A stretch of DNA of 42,679 bases from Leptolyngbyaceae cyanobacterium CSU_1_3 (lineage in GTDB: Bacteria; Cyanobacteriota; Cyanobacteriia; Leptolyngbyales; Leptolyngbyaceae): positions 1-42,679 of the forward strand of contig JAAUOZ010000026.1 in NCBI GenBank assembly GCA_012034655.1, given 5' to 3'. The position numbers were made by a program, and so were the translations under genes. The notes under the pieces were generated by a model. It made no database searches and was not told the DNA's origin. It worked only from the letters and a program-made list of their open reading frames with translations. Shown piece by piece: positions 10,985 to 21,230 of this stretch (the stretch's first letter is position 1; each line of letters starts with the position of its first letter).

Positions 10985-12072
10985 TCACTTCTTCGGGAGG
11001 CGAAACATGCGAGCACTTCCATAGCGAGGGGAACGTTTGACGACATATTTACGGGCAAATTGCGGAATGTCGCCGCGATGCCCCATCACAATCACCGCAT
11101 CCCCTGCTTGAAGCACCAACGACTGACAGGGTGAGTCAGGGTTGTGCCGTCTGCTTTGCGAAGCGCAACAATAATAAAAGTGCCTTTGCCACGAACTTCA
11201 ATATCTTCGATCGTCGCCCCCACCATTGGAGAGCCGTGGGCGATCGCCAGTTCATCGACCTGCACATCAACTTGGGCGAGTAGCTCATTGAGACTGCTCC
11301 GCCCATCATCTTGATTGAGAAAATCTAGGGTCGCAGGGTGAGTAATCATGTGAGACATTCGCAACGCGCTGATGGTCGCTGGGAGAACCACTTGATCGGC
11401 TCCTGCCAGTCTGAGTTTTTTCTCAGTAGAAGGAAGCTCGCCACGGGAAAGAATCATCAGTTTGGGGTTGAGTTCGCGGGCTGTCAGGGTAATGAAGACA
11501 TTGGCAGCATCGTCGGGTAAAACCGTTGCCAAAACTTTGGCGCGATCGATGCCCGCAGTGTGCAAAATGGTCTCATCGGTTGCGTTGCCAACGCGCACCA
11601 AATAGTTGTGCGCTTCGGCTCTAGCAATGCGCTCTGGATTGTTATCGATCACGACAAACGGGATTTCTGCATCTAGCAGCTTACGCGCCAAGATTTGCCC
11701 CATGCGACCAAACCCACAAATGATCACATGTTGGCTTAGGGTTTCAATGGTTCGGGTCATTCGTCTCGCTCCTAATGCTTTGTTGATTTCGCCTTCAGTG
11801 ATCATTTGAATAAAACCGCCGACCATATAGACTACTGAGGATGTCCCGGCACAAATGACTAGGATAGTAAAGATTTTTTTGTAGGGGGTGTCGAGTGGGT
11901 TGACTTCCCCAAACCCAACCCCAAAGACGGTAATTACGACCATGTAGATCGAGTCTAAAATTGACCAACCGACACTGACGTAACCCAAAACCGCGAGGAT
12001 AAAAGTAGCAGCAAAAAAGATTGCTCCCATGAGAATGCGTCTGAGAGAAACTTGCATAAGCGATCGCCACAA
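10985..12072 (-). CDS. Potassium channel with a two-TM pore domain plus RCK (TrkA-N/TrkA-C) domain. Apparent 1-bp frameshift near 11143..11146.
   Basis: Selectivity-filter-like VGFGE between two TM helices. Rossmann motif ICGFGRMGQ (GxGxxG). ORF 11092..12072 stops early, but the next frame continues with a textbook TrkA-C segment NPDSPCQSLVLQAGDAVIVMGHRGDIPQFARKYV to the stop at 10985. One extra A in ACAACCCT joins them. Confidence 0.75.
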
Positions 12073-12375
12073 TTTAACGTCAGGTGTAACGGCTCAGGTG
12101 TCTCAGGGTCAATGTTTTATAGAGAACCCGTGCTGTTTATATTCATACGCTTTTTTTTCAGCCTTGTATGTTGCTTGACGCTCTTTTTGGCGTTGAAATA
12201 GCAGAAAAGTAACTGAATCGGGATGATTGTCAAGGGGTGCGATTCGCAGCTATATGTAGATATATTTACAAATGTGCCTGACTTGTGGCAATTCATTAAG
12301 TCCTATTTTCAATTGCAATATTTCATTCATAAACTGAGGGTGCGCTTAGAAGAAAATTGTTTCGGACTCAATCTT

Positions 12376-14661
12376 ATGGATGCTGCACCTGAAAACGAAA
12401 CATTCAAGCCTACGGCGGCTCTTTATCGTTATCAAATTTTAGATAGTGACGCTGAAGCCTCTTTTGACGATTTGGCGCGATTGGCGGCTCAGGTTTGCAA
12501 TGCTCCGATCGCGCTAATTAATTTCATCGATCATCAGCGACAGTGGCTCAAGTCAAAAATCGGCATAGAGGGAGCAGAGCTTCCGTTGGGAGTTGGGTTT
12601 TGCCTGGAGTGTGCTCAGCGTCGCGAGGTGTTGATGATCAGCAATGCGCTGGTCGATGAGCAGTGTGCAGCCAATCCCATTGTGGTGTCGCCGCCTTACG
12701 TGAGATCGTATCTAGGTGTACCGTTAATTGCGCCCGCAAAAGACCCCGCAAAAGACCCCGCAAAAGACCCCGCAAAAGACACTCTAGAACCCGCTAGGGA
12801 TGGAGAAGTGATTGGAACCCTCTGTGTGGCTGATCTAGTTCCTCGCGAGTTTACCCAAGAACAAGTGGATGCTCTGAAAGCACTGGGGCAACAAGTGATG
12901 ATACAGCTAGAGTTAAAGCGTCACCTGCGCGTTTTATCAGAAGCAAGCGCTGCCCAAAAACAAATAGAGGATGCCCTGCGAGAGAGTGAAGCGCGATTTC
13001 GGACGATGGCCAACAGTGCACCTGTGCTGCTGTGGGTTGCCGGAACGGATGCCCTTTGCACTTTTTTTAATCAGTCTTGGTTGGCGTTTACTGGGCGATC
13101 GCTAGAGCAAGAATTGGGTCATGGGTGGGCAGAAGGTGTGCATCCTGACGATTTGCAGGCGTGTATGGACACCTTTTTGTCAGCTTTTAACGATCGCCAA
13201 AGCTTCGAGATGGAATATCGACTCAGACGGGCAGATGGTGAATATCGCTGGCTTTTAGACAAGGGTGTGCCTCGGTTTACGCCGAGCGGCAGTTTTGTCG
13301 GTTATGTCGGTTCCTGCGTAGACATCACCGATCACAAGCACACGCAGGAAGAATTGATCCGGCAAAGCTTGAGTACTCGGTTGTTTTCGGAAACTACGCT
13401 CAAAATTCGGCGATCGCTGCAACTCGAAGAAGTGCTGAAAGTGACGGTGACAGAAATTCAAACACTATTGCAAGCCGATCGTGTGTTGATCTTTCGACTT
13501 TGGGAAACTAGGTTGGGCAGAGTTGTGCAAGAATCATTGGTTCCGGGCTATCCGACTGTGTTGGGTCGAGATATTGTCGATCATTGTTTTCAGCAAGGAT
13601 ATTGGATGCAATATCAACAGGGGCGAGTGAGCGCAATTGCCGATGTCAACACCGCTAACATTCAGCCCTGCCACCGAGAATTTTTGCAACAGTTTGAGGT
13701 GAGAGCCAATTTAGTCGTTCCCATTCTGTGTCGAGAAAAACTTTGGGGGCTACTCATCACTCACCAATGCAGCAATACTCGTCAGTGGAGTCAGTTTGAA
13801 ACCAATTTGTTACAACAACTCGCCAACCAAATCGGCATTGCAATTTCGCAGGCACAATTGCTAGAACAAGAAATCAATCAACGGCAAGAACTCGCCCGAT
13901 CGAACGCTGAGTTAGAACAGTTTGCCTATGTTGCCTCGCACGATCTGCAAGAACCACTCCGCATGGTGACAAGCTATCTGCAACTGTTAGAGAAACGCTA
14001 CAAGAATCAGCTAGGCACAGATGCGGATGAATTCATTAATTATGCAGTCGATGGGGCAGCGCGAATGCAAACGCTGATCTGCGATCTACTCAGCTTGTCT
14101 CGTGTGAGCACCCGTGGTCAGCCGTTTGAGCAGATTGATAGCACGGTTGCGCTAGAGCGGGCGATCGCAAATTTGCAATGGGTGATTCGAGAAAACCAAG
14201 CAGTGATTACCTATGAAAAACTTCCTAAAGTGATGGCAGATGGCACGCAGCTAACGCAGGTTTTTCAGAATTTGATTGGCAACGCAATCAAGTTTCGCGG
14301 GGAAGCCACGCCGAGAATTTGGGTTGGGGTGGAGGGCGATCGCAGCAGTGAACCACCCACTAGCTTGGCGCAATCTACTGCTCAAGCCACACCTCAAAAG
14401 CCTCTTTCTTTAGGTCAGGCAACCCTGCACTTTTATGTGCGAGACAACGGCATTGGCATTGAGCCGCAGTATCATAAGCGCATTTTTATTATTTTTCAGC
14501 GGCTCCATTCTCGAATTCAATACCCTGGAACTGGGATTGGGTTGGCAATTTGTAAAAAGATCATTGAGCGACATGGGGGTGAAATATGGATTGAGTCACA
14601 GCTACAGCAAGGATCAACATTTCACTTTACCCTGCCCGATCACACAGGTACACCCCTATGA
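12376..14661 (+). CDS. Cyanobacteriochrome-type photosensory histidine kinase: GAF, PAS, DXCF-type bilin-binding GAF, phytochrome-like HisKA and HATPase_c
   Basis: Start chosen at MDAAPENE, and the upstream 51 codons of ORF 12223 look non-coding. The second GAF carries both hallmarks of DXCF cyanobacteriochromes: DHCF (13573..13590) and the canonical-Cys context NIQPCHREFLQQFEVRANLVVPIL (about 13655..13740). The H-box ASHDLQEPLR is Cph1-like. G-boxes are DNGIGI and GTGIGL. Confidence 0.8.
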   Translation: MDAAPENETFKPTAALYRYQILDSDAEASFDDLARLAAQVCNAPIALINFIDHQRQWLKSKIGIEGAELPLGVGFCLECAQRREVLMISNALVDEQCAANPIVVSPPYVRSYLGVPLIAPAKDPAKDPAKDPAKDTLEPARDGEVIGTLCVADLVPREFTQEQVDALKALGQQVMIQLELKRHLRVLSEASAAQKQIEDALRESEARFRTMANSAPVLLWVAGTDALCTFFNQSWLAFTGRSLEQELGHGWAEGVHPDDLQACMDTFLSAFNDRQSFEMEYRLRRADGEYRWLLDKGVPRFTPSGSFVGYVGSCVDITDHKHTQEELIRQSLSTRLFSETTLKIRRSLQLEEVLKVTVTEIQTLLQADRVLIFRLWETRLGRVVQESLVPGYPTVLGRDIVDHCFQQGYWMQYQQGRVSAIADVNTANIQPCHREFLQQFEVRANLVVPILCREKLWGLLITHQCSNTRQWSQFETNLLQQLANQIGIAISQAQLLEQEINQRQELARSNAELEQFAYVASHDLQEPLRMVTSYLQLLEKRYKNQLGTDADEFINYAVDGAARMQTLICDLLSLSRVSTRGQPFEQIDSTVALERAIANLQWVIRENQAVITYEKLPKVMADGTQLTQVFQNLIGNAIKFRGEATPRIWVGVEGDRSSEPPTSLAQSTAQATPQKPLSLGQATLHFYVRDNGIGIEPQYHKRIFIIFQRLHSRIQYPGTGIGLAICKKIIERHGGEIWIESQLQQGSTFHFTLPDHTGTPL
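12736..12783 (+). repeat. In-frame 12-bp tandem repeat x4 (GCAAAAGACCCC), encoding (KDPA)4 inside the N-terminal GAF domain of the kinase
   Basis: Directly visible. Translation gives APAKDPAKDPAKDPAKD. It lies in a loop between conserved GAF blocks (YLGVPLI and GTLCVADL). Confidence 0.85.
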
Positions 14662-15092
14662 TGACAACGACTCCCATTCAGGTTTTGCTAGTTGAAGACA
14701 ACCCTGGAGATGCTCAGCTAACTCGTATTGCTCTGGCAGATGGCAAAATGCACATCAATTTGAGCACTGTTGAAGATGGGGTAGAGGCGATGGCGTTTCT
14801 GCGACAGCAGGGAAGCTATGCAGGTGCGCCCCATCCCGATCTGATTTTGCTCGATCTCAACCTGCCCAAAAAGATGGTCGAGAAGTTCTAGAGGAAGTAA
14901 AAGCCGATCAAATTCTCAAGCGCATTCCCATCGTAGTTCTAACAACTTCTCAAGCGGAAGGAGACATTCTTAAAGCTTATGATCTGTGTGCTAATTGTTA
15001 TATTGCCAAGCCTGTAGACTTCGATCAGTTTATCAAAATTATTCAATCGATCGAAAACTTCTGGTTTACGATCGTTAAGCTGCCCCCGGAGT
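14658..15092 (+). CDS. Rcp1-like single-domain response regulator, the phytochrome/CBCR partner. Apparent 1-bp frameshift near 14868..14872.
   Basis: The ATG overlaps the kinase stop (ATGA), so the two genes are translationally coupled. The N-terminal part [14 protein letters not shown]...[11 protein letters not shown] runs into a stop. The next frame continues with [68 protein letters not shown], the typical Rcp C-terminus. An A-run deletion in CCCAAAAAGATGG explains the break. Confidence 0.75.
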
Positions 15093-15100
15093 GAAAGTTT

Positions 15101-17004
15101 ATGACGGAGTTTGCCATCAAAGTGCTACTGGTCGAAGATAACCCTGGGGATGTTCGGTTGCTGTTGGAAATCTTACAGGAAACCCCTCCCGATCAATTCA
15201 CAGTGACGCAGGTTGATCATTTAGAGAAAGCAATTAATTTGCTAACCGCCGAAAGCTTTGATGTCATTCTTTTAGATCTGACACTGCCCGACAGTATGGG
15301 TTTAGATACCTTCCTCAAACTTTACCGTCGAGCTTCAGCCATTCCGATCGTGGTATTGACGGGGTTAGACGATGAAACACTGACGCTTCGGGCAATGCAG
15401 GAAGGAGCGCAGGATTATTTAGTCAAAGGGAAGGTGACAGGCGATCTGGTATCTCGATCGCTGCGATATGCGATCGAGCGACAACGAGCAGAGCATAAAA
15501 TTCGCGAACAAGCAGCACTTTTAGACATCACAACCGATGCAATTTCGGTACGAGATCTACAACACAACATCGTATTTTGGAACCAAGGAGCAGAACGAGT
15601 TTTTGGGTGGCGAGCAGAAGAAGCGATCGGTCAAAATGCAGTTCAGCTACTCTATCGCAAATCTGAATTGCAATTAAAAGAAGCGATCAATGCAGTGATG
15701 GAACAGGGAAAATGGTTTGGTGAATTAAATAAAATCACAAAATCAGGGCAAGAAGTGATTGTTGAAAGCCGCTGGGCATTGGTAAGGGATGATGCAAAAC
15801 GGCCCAAGTCAATTCTCACTGTAGACACAGATATTACAGAAAAAAAACAACTGGAAGCGCAATTCTTTCGAGCACAGCGCTTAGAAAGTATTGGAACACT
15901 GGCAAGTGGCATTGCCCACGACCTAAATAATATTTTGACCCCAATTTTGGCGGCCGCGCAACTGTTGCCGCTCAAATTAAAAAACCTGGACGATCGTAGC
16001 CAACTTCTATTGCAACTTCTAGAGACAAACGCCAAACGGGGTGCAGACTTAGTTAAACAAGTGTTGTCGTTTACCCGTGGTGTAGAAGGCAAACGGATGG
16101 TTTTGCAAACGAGACATCTGATTGCAGAAATTGAGAAAATTCTACAGGAAACGTTTCCAAAGTCTGTCACGATCTACTCTAATATCGCCAAAGATTTGTG
16201 GACCGTATCGGGCGACAGTACACAACTGCATCAGGTGTTGATGAATCTATGCGTGAATGCGCGAGACGCGATGCTTTCGGGTGGGTTGTTGACCCTTTCT
16301 GCCCAAAATCAATGGCTCAATGAAACCGATGTGCGGATGAATTTTGAAGCGCGAGTCGGCCCCTATATTGTGATTAGCGTGGCTGACACTGGGATGGGAA
16401 TTCCGACGGCAAATTTAGAACGCATCTTTGAACCCTTTTTTACCACAAAAGACTTAGGCAAAGGCACAGGGTTGGGGCTGTCAACGGTCGTGGGAATTGT
16501 CAAGAGTCATGGGGGCTTTGTGACGGTGACGAGTCAGGAGGGAACTGGCACAGAATTTAAGGTATTTTGCCTGCGGTGATGGTAAGAGAGCCACAATCGC
16601 CCGATGAAAATGAGTTGCCCAAGGGTGCACACAGCCTAATTTTGGTGGTAGATGACGAAGCCCCCGTGCGAGAGAGCACGAGAATTTCACTTGAAAGCTA
16701 TGAATATCAGGTGCTAACTGCAAAAAATGGGCGAGAAGCGATCGACCTCTACGCCAAACATTGGCAGGAAATCAGTTTGGTTTTATTAGATCTGATGATG
16801 CCGTTAATGGACGGCCCCGCCACACTTCGCGTCTTGAAGCGTATCAATCCTGATGTGGAGGTTGTGGCAATGAGTGGGTTGTCTTCTAAAGGAATGGTTG
16901 CGGCAGCCGCAGGAGAGGGGATTCAACGATTTTGTCTAAGCCATTTACGGTTAAGGAATTGCTAGGCACGTTACAAGAGGTGCTGGTAGAGCAGGGTGAT
17001 TAGC
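15101..17004 (+). CDS. Hybrid histidine kinase REC-PAS-HisKA-HATPase_c-REC. Two apparent 1-bp frameshifts near 16565..16568 and 16929..16934.
   Basis: N-terminal REC is [14 protein letters not shown]...LLDLTLPD. The H-box is IAHDLNNILTPI. G-boxes are DTGMGI and GTGLGL. ORF 16567..16965 is a C-terminal receiver (LVVDDE...LLDLMMP). Its end is restored to the typical FLSKPFTVKELLGTLQEVLVEQGD by one T in CGATTTTGTC, and the junction with the ATPase by one T in GTATTTTGCC. Confidence 0.75.
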
Positions 17005-17499
17005 CCTTGCCCAGAAGCTCGAATTGTCACTATTGCTGGGGTTTATCAAATTTTCTCTAGCGTATGTTGTGGATGAGCCAAAAATGAGCCGTCATGAGCT
17101 ATCGAATTTGTGATATTGATAGTGACCTTTCAGAAAGGACACAGAAAAATAAGCTGAAACTGGCAAACCAAGACTGACAAGCATTTAGTAATGGTCTATT
17201 TTCTCCAACCTTTCCGAAATAGCACTATCGGATCTTGAAGCTATCAAAGTTCGTAGGGGAAAGCCATCATGCAATCTGCCACCTATTGGGTAAGGGGAGA
17301 TCGGGCTGGACGAGTCATCTATGCAAGCTGGAATTGGCTTTTTGGAAAACCTCCCTGGCATATTTTAGGAACTGAGTGAAAGCTTTGCTCAGCGATCATG
17401 GCGAAAACTCTGGGGTGGCGATGTCAATTGGCGAACTGCAACTGCTTTCGACAGTACAACAAACATGACTTTGTTCCGGTTCTTTAATCTAGAGGTTAA

Positions 17500-18309
17500 G
17501 TGATGTATAGAGTCAATTCTTTCGCCGTCAAGCCCTATCTTTTTGGGGGTGCGATCGTGCTCGTTAGCTACTTTTTACTCAATTCATTTGCTCTAATCAA
17601 TGCAGGAGAACGAGGAGTCGTGATGATCTTCGGAAAAGTACAGGACAACATACTAGACGAAGGACTTCACTTCAAAATTCCGCTTGTAACCTCAATTCGC
17701 CCCTTGACGGTAAGAGTCCAAAAAACCGAGATTTCAGCCACAGCAGGGACAAAAGATTTGCAGACTTTGGATATTGTACTGGCTTTGAACTGGCATATTG
17801 AGCCAAGCCAAGTCAATAAGATATTTCAGCGTGTTGGGGATGAAGCTCAAATCGTTGAGCAAATTATCAAGCCTGCAATTACCGAAAGCCTCAAAGCGTC
17901 AACCCCAAAACGGACAGCAGAGGAGATCTTGAAGCAAAGATCAGACCTGAAAGATGAAATTGATCAACAGATCAAAAATCGCCTTCAAACTTACGGGCTA
18001 GTAGTAGATGACGTTTCGCTGCTCAATATTTCCTTTTCAGCCGAATTCACTAAATCGATCGAAGCCAAGCAAATTGCCGAACAAGAGGCAAAACAGGCAG
18101 AATTCATCGCTCTAAAGGCGACCAAAGAAGCCGAAGCTGAAGTCAATCGCGCCAAAGGCCAAGCAGAAGCACAGCGTCTTTTGCGCCAAAATCTAACTGC
18201 TGAACTGCTGCAAAAGCAAGCGATCGACAAATGGAATGGTCAGTTTCCAACTGTGATGGGCGGCAATGGAGCGTTACCCCTGATCAATCTCGCCCCTCCA
18301 AAGCCCTAG
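17500..18309 (+). CDS. SPFH/band-7 (prohibitin-family) membrane protein
   Basis: N-terminal TM helix, then the SPFH core (GERGVVMIFGKV...LDIVLALNWHIEP) and an Ala/Glu-rich coiled-coil tail (AEQEAKQAEFIALKATKEAEAEVNRAKGQAEAQRLL). Confidence 0.85.
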   Translation: MMYRVNSFAVKPYLFGGAIVLVSYFLLNSFALINAGERGVVMIFGKVQDNILDEGLHFKIPLVTSIRPLTVRVQKTEISATAGTKDLQTLDIVLALNWHIEPSQVNKIFQRVGDEAQIVEQIIKPAITESLKASTPKRTAEEILKQRSDLKDEIDQQIKNRLQTYGLVVDDVSLLNISFSAEFTKSIEAKQIAEQEAKQAEFIALKATKEAEAEVNRAKGQAEAQRLLRQNLTAELLQKQAIDKWNGQFPTVMGGNGALPLINLAPPKP

Positions 18310-18341
18310 GTTTTGGCAAAGAAAACGTAACTACTCAAGTC

Positions 18342-18394
18342 CGCCCTCACCCCCAACTCCTCTCCCGCCCTAGGAGAGGGCTAGGGTGAGGGCG
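18342..18394. repeat. Nested G/C-rich palindromic element (CGCCCTCACCC..CCTCTCC..GGAGAGG..GGGTGAGGGCG), probably a bidirectional terminator between convergent genes
   Basis: Outer 11-bp and inner 7-bp inverted repeats. It sits between the ends of gene 17500..18309 (+) and gene 18452..20094 (-). It belongs to the same family as 1..28 and 40366..40459. Confidence 0.55.
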
Positions 18395-18451
18395 AGACGT
18401 TGCACTTTATTTAATTCGCATTCCTAAGTTTGAGGAAAGTTGCACATCGCG

Positions 18452-20094
18452 TTATTTGTTGTTTAGCAGTTGTTGAATATCGATGTTTGTAGGTAGGTCG
18501 CCTTTGCGTAGAATTGAGATCCAGCGTTGTTGTTGGGCTTTGCGTTGAGGATTGTCTGTGCTGCTGAGAGAGGCTTGCAGGTCGGTGATTGCTCCGGGTC
18601 GATCGCCCGCGATCGCTCTGGCAATGCCTCGACTGTTTTGGTAATTGGCAAATTCTGGGGTTGGTGAGAAGGCAACAGCTTTTTCGCAGGCATCCATCAC
18701 GTCTGTTGCTTGTTGGTGTAGACTGCCAAACCAGCAGAGTGTATTCCAGGAGCGGGCAGAAACTTTGAGCGTGGGAGCCAGCAATTTGGCTCGATTGAAG
18801 TGGGCGATCGCTGTTTGAATGTCTCCTTTTCTGGCAGATTCTTCGCCTGTGTGGATGAGGGCAGTTGCCGCTAGTTGTTGAGCTTTGAGCCTAGGATCGA
18901 TATTCAAATCAGTACCGAGTTTTTGAGCGGTCTGAAATTTCGCGATCGCACCTTCGATGTTGTCTGCCTGAGCCAGTTTTTCACCTTCGGCAATCAAGCG
19001 TTTCCCTTCTCCGCGATCGGCAAGTTTTTGAGCGGTTGTCTTTGGGTTTAGAGCCAGTTGAGCATTCCATTTCTTTGCCTGTTGAAATTGTACGATCGCA
19101 GCATTCACATCTCCACTTTTTGCCAGTTCTTCTCCGCGTGCAATTAGCATTGAAGAGGCTTGACTCAGAAGGATGGGGGTTTGGCAGACTGTAATCTCTT
19201 CTAGCGTTTTAGGATGATTGAGTAAGTGGTTGTTTAACTGATCGCAAATCCCAGCTATAGAGCGATCGTAATCCAACAACTTTGTTGATTCTTTTTGCTT
19301 TGCATCGGATGTAACTTTCTGCATTTTTTGCACAGTCAAGCGAACTCGATCTTGGGTTTCAACATTAACCCAGGCGGCAGATTGAATTAAACTTGCAGCT
19401 TTTGCAGCAGAGAGCCGTGCATCTAGATTTTGGTCAGATTGCATTAATGCATTCGCAGCAGTATTGAGTGCTTGAATTTCATTAACTTTTGCGGTTCTAT
19501 AGTTTTGTTCTAGGGTTTGGTATTGTCGCAATGCGAAGGCTCCCAATCCTATAGTGATCGCCAAACTACTGACTAAAGTAGCTAAAACGGCATTTGTTAA
19601 GGGACGATTTTTTGATGGCGATCGATTGGGCTGTAATCGACTTCAGACTCTGATATAGTTTGACCTTCAACCTCAGATTGATCACTCGCAATCATGGGAT
19701 GTAAATCAGCTTCAACCATTTGCACCAGCGATCGTGCCACCCCTTGCACACCCGTTTGATCTTGAACAAGCAACCACTGATGTGCTCTCAAAGTTGGGTA
19801 AAGCCGATCTGGGTCAAAATCCTTTCGCACCACGATCGAGATCAAAGGCCGGTGAGCATGAACAGCATGGGCGATTGTGTGACAACAAGTTTGGGAAGCG
19901 ATCGCATCTGAACTAATAACAAACACAACTTTGTCGGCTGTCTCAATGTTCGCTTTGAGCGTTTGCCAATCTAAATGAGGTGAATTATCTTGCCAGTCTA
20001 TGCACACATCCCACTGCTGCTGGCTCAGTGCTGCACCCAACTCCTGAACAAATTCTCTATCTTGAAGCGCGTAGGATACGAAAATCTTGGTCAT
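18452..20094 (-). CDS. TIR-domain / transmembrane / TPR-repeat protein, a single gene after repair of an apparent 1-bp frameshift near 19608..19613
   Basis: ORF 19597..20094 is a TIR-like domain (KIFVSYALQDREFVQEL...KVVFVISSDAIASQ). ORF 18452..19564 (TTG start) is an Sel1/TPR-like repeat region (repeated G.hp.A.p.F..A.p). One extra A in the A6 run CAAAAAATC fuses them through a contiguous hydrophobic helix NRPLTNAVLATLVSSLAITIGLGAFAL. The 32-nt gap between the ORFs has no promoter-like features. Confidence 0.6.
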
Positions 20095-20562
20095 TGTACT
20101 ATCATCGCACTATGTTTATTTCAACGATCGTTTCAACAAGCTATCTCAATCTACTGTGTAGCACCTGTTTCGCCGAGTTTGGTAAGCAATCCGGAACGCT
20201 CAAGTAACTTCACAATCAAGCCATTTTTTTAATTCAAAATGACAAACTGCTAGTGGTTGTTCTCTAGTAGCTTGTCAGTCGCGATCATGCTTTAGATAGA
20301 TGGAATCGTTGGGCGAGTTCTAACTCTGGTGCGGTTCAGCCCCTCTCTTAAGGTAGGCACGAAACTGCATCCAAGATTGCTAGAGTGAGCCTATCGAAAA
20401 CCGAGAACACAAACCAAAAGCGTTTTCGACCAAAGCTCAGACTTGGGCAAAGGGCAACAAGGTCAACATATTGTGGAGTATGGATCACAATAAGTCCCTC
20501 CGATGATTCGTTTAGACAGAACCTCGGAACACGAACACTAAACTTAGTAAAGGAAAAGAACA

Positions 20563-20835
20563 ATGGGAATTCTAGCTTGGATTGTATTAGGACTGATTGC
20601 AGGGGCGATCGCAAAAGCAATCTACCCAGGTCATCAGGGCGGTGGCATTCTAGGAACAATGGTCTTGGGTATTGTGGGTGCATTCTTGGGTGGAACACTT
20701 TATACGGTCTTGACCACTGGAACGTTAGCTCTAGGTTCGGCTGGGTTGAGCCTTGGGGGCATTGTTGTAGCAGTGTTGGGTGCAATTCTCGCCTTGTTTC
20801 TCTACTATGCATTCACAGGTCGGAATGCTTACTAG
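20563..20835 (+). CDS. GlsB/YeaQ/YmgE-family (transglycosylase-associated) small membrane stress protein
   Basis: 90 aa with the canonical MGILAWIVLGLIAGAIAK...GGILGTMVLGIVGAFLGG sequence. AAGGAAAAG lies upstream of the ATG. The antisense and same-strand ORFs of 154 and 157 aa overlapping it are spurious. Confidence 0.85.
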   Translation: MGILAWIVLGLIAGAIAKAIYPGHQGGGILGTMVLGIVGAFLGGTLYTVLTTGTLALGSAGLSLGGIVVAVLGAILALFLYYAFTGRNAY

Positions 20836-20974
20836 AATCTCTACCTGATGGTCTTTAAGCTTGAATGACTGAATTCTAGAATCATTGAATTCTGAATGCT
20901 CGCCTCTACTAACGTGGGGGCGATTTGCTATAGATAGACAGTTGCAATGCATTATATTGCCGCTAACATAATTA

Positions 20975-21006
20975 TGCTTTCCTATATACATGCTTTCCTA
21001 TATACA
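20975..21006. promoter_or_regulatory. Perfect 16-bp direct repeat TGCTTTCCTATATACA x2 upstream of the urate-catabolism operon. It is a candidate operator and contains TATATA -10-like hexamers.
   Basis: Directly visible, about 225 nt upstream of the hpxO-like start at 21231. Confidence 0.35.
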
Positions 21007-21230
21007 AGTAGAAAGACAAGAGAGAACGCCAGCTAAATCTCCAACTTTTTAACCAACATTTTTACTCAACACCAGCCTTGTTCTTTTGTGGTTATCTAAG
21101 AAAATCTGTATCTAAAATCACAGCAATTTCTAAAACCTTCGTCAAAAGTATATCCTATACACGTAGGAGCCTCACCGTTGGCAACCATGCTACAAGTTCG
21201 ATCGTTATCATTCCGCTCAGAGGGGCAGAC

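Noticed and set aside
12223-12375. N-terminal 51-codon extension of the CBCR kinase ORF
   Set aside because: The stretch is AT-rich and low-complexity with no conserved residues. The GAF domain begins right after the Met at 12376.
14658-16965. Treating ORFs 14658..14891 and 16567..16965 as independent small response-regulator genes
   Set aside because: 14658..14891 is only half a receiver domain, and the other half continues in the next frame. 16567..16965 continues the hybrid kinase, and its own C-terminus needs a frame correction. Both are fragments of larger frameshifted genes.
19720-20232. Plus-strand ORFs antisense to the TIR domain gene (19720..19911, 19734..19916, 19980..20207, 19990..20232)
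   Set aside because: They overlap a gene with clear TIR-like motifs and have no independent support.
20348-20858. 154-aa antisense and 157-aa sense ORFs overlapping the GlsB gene
   Set aside because: GlsB has an unmistakable family sequence in its own frame. The overlapping ORFs are Arg/Ser/Cys-rich off-frame artefacts.
21078-21230. N-terminal 51-codon extension of the monooxygenase ORF
   Set aside because: The Rossmann beta-strand [10 protein letters not shown] must sit at the extreme N-terminus, so the Met at 21231 with an upstream GAGGGG fits. The extension has no homologous character.
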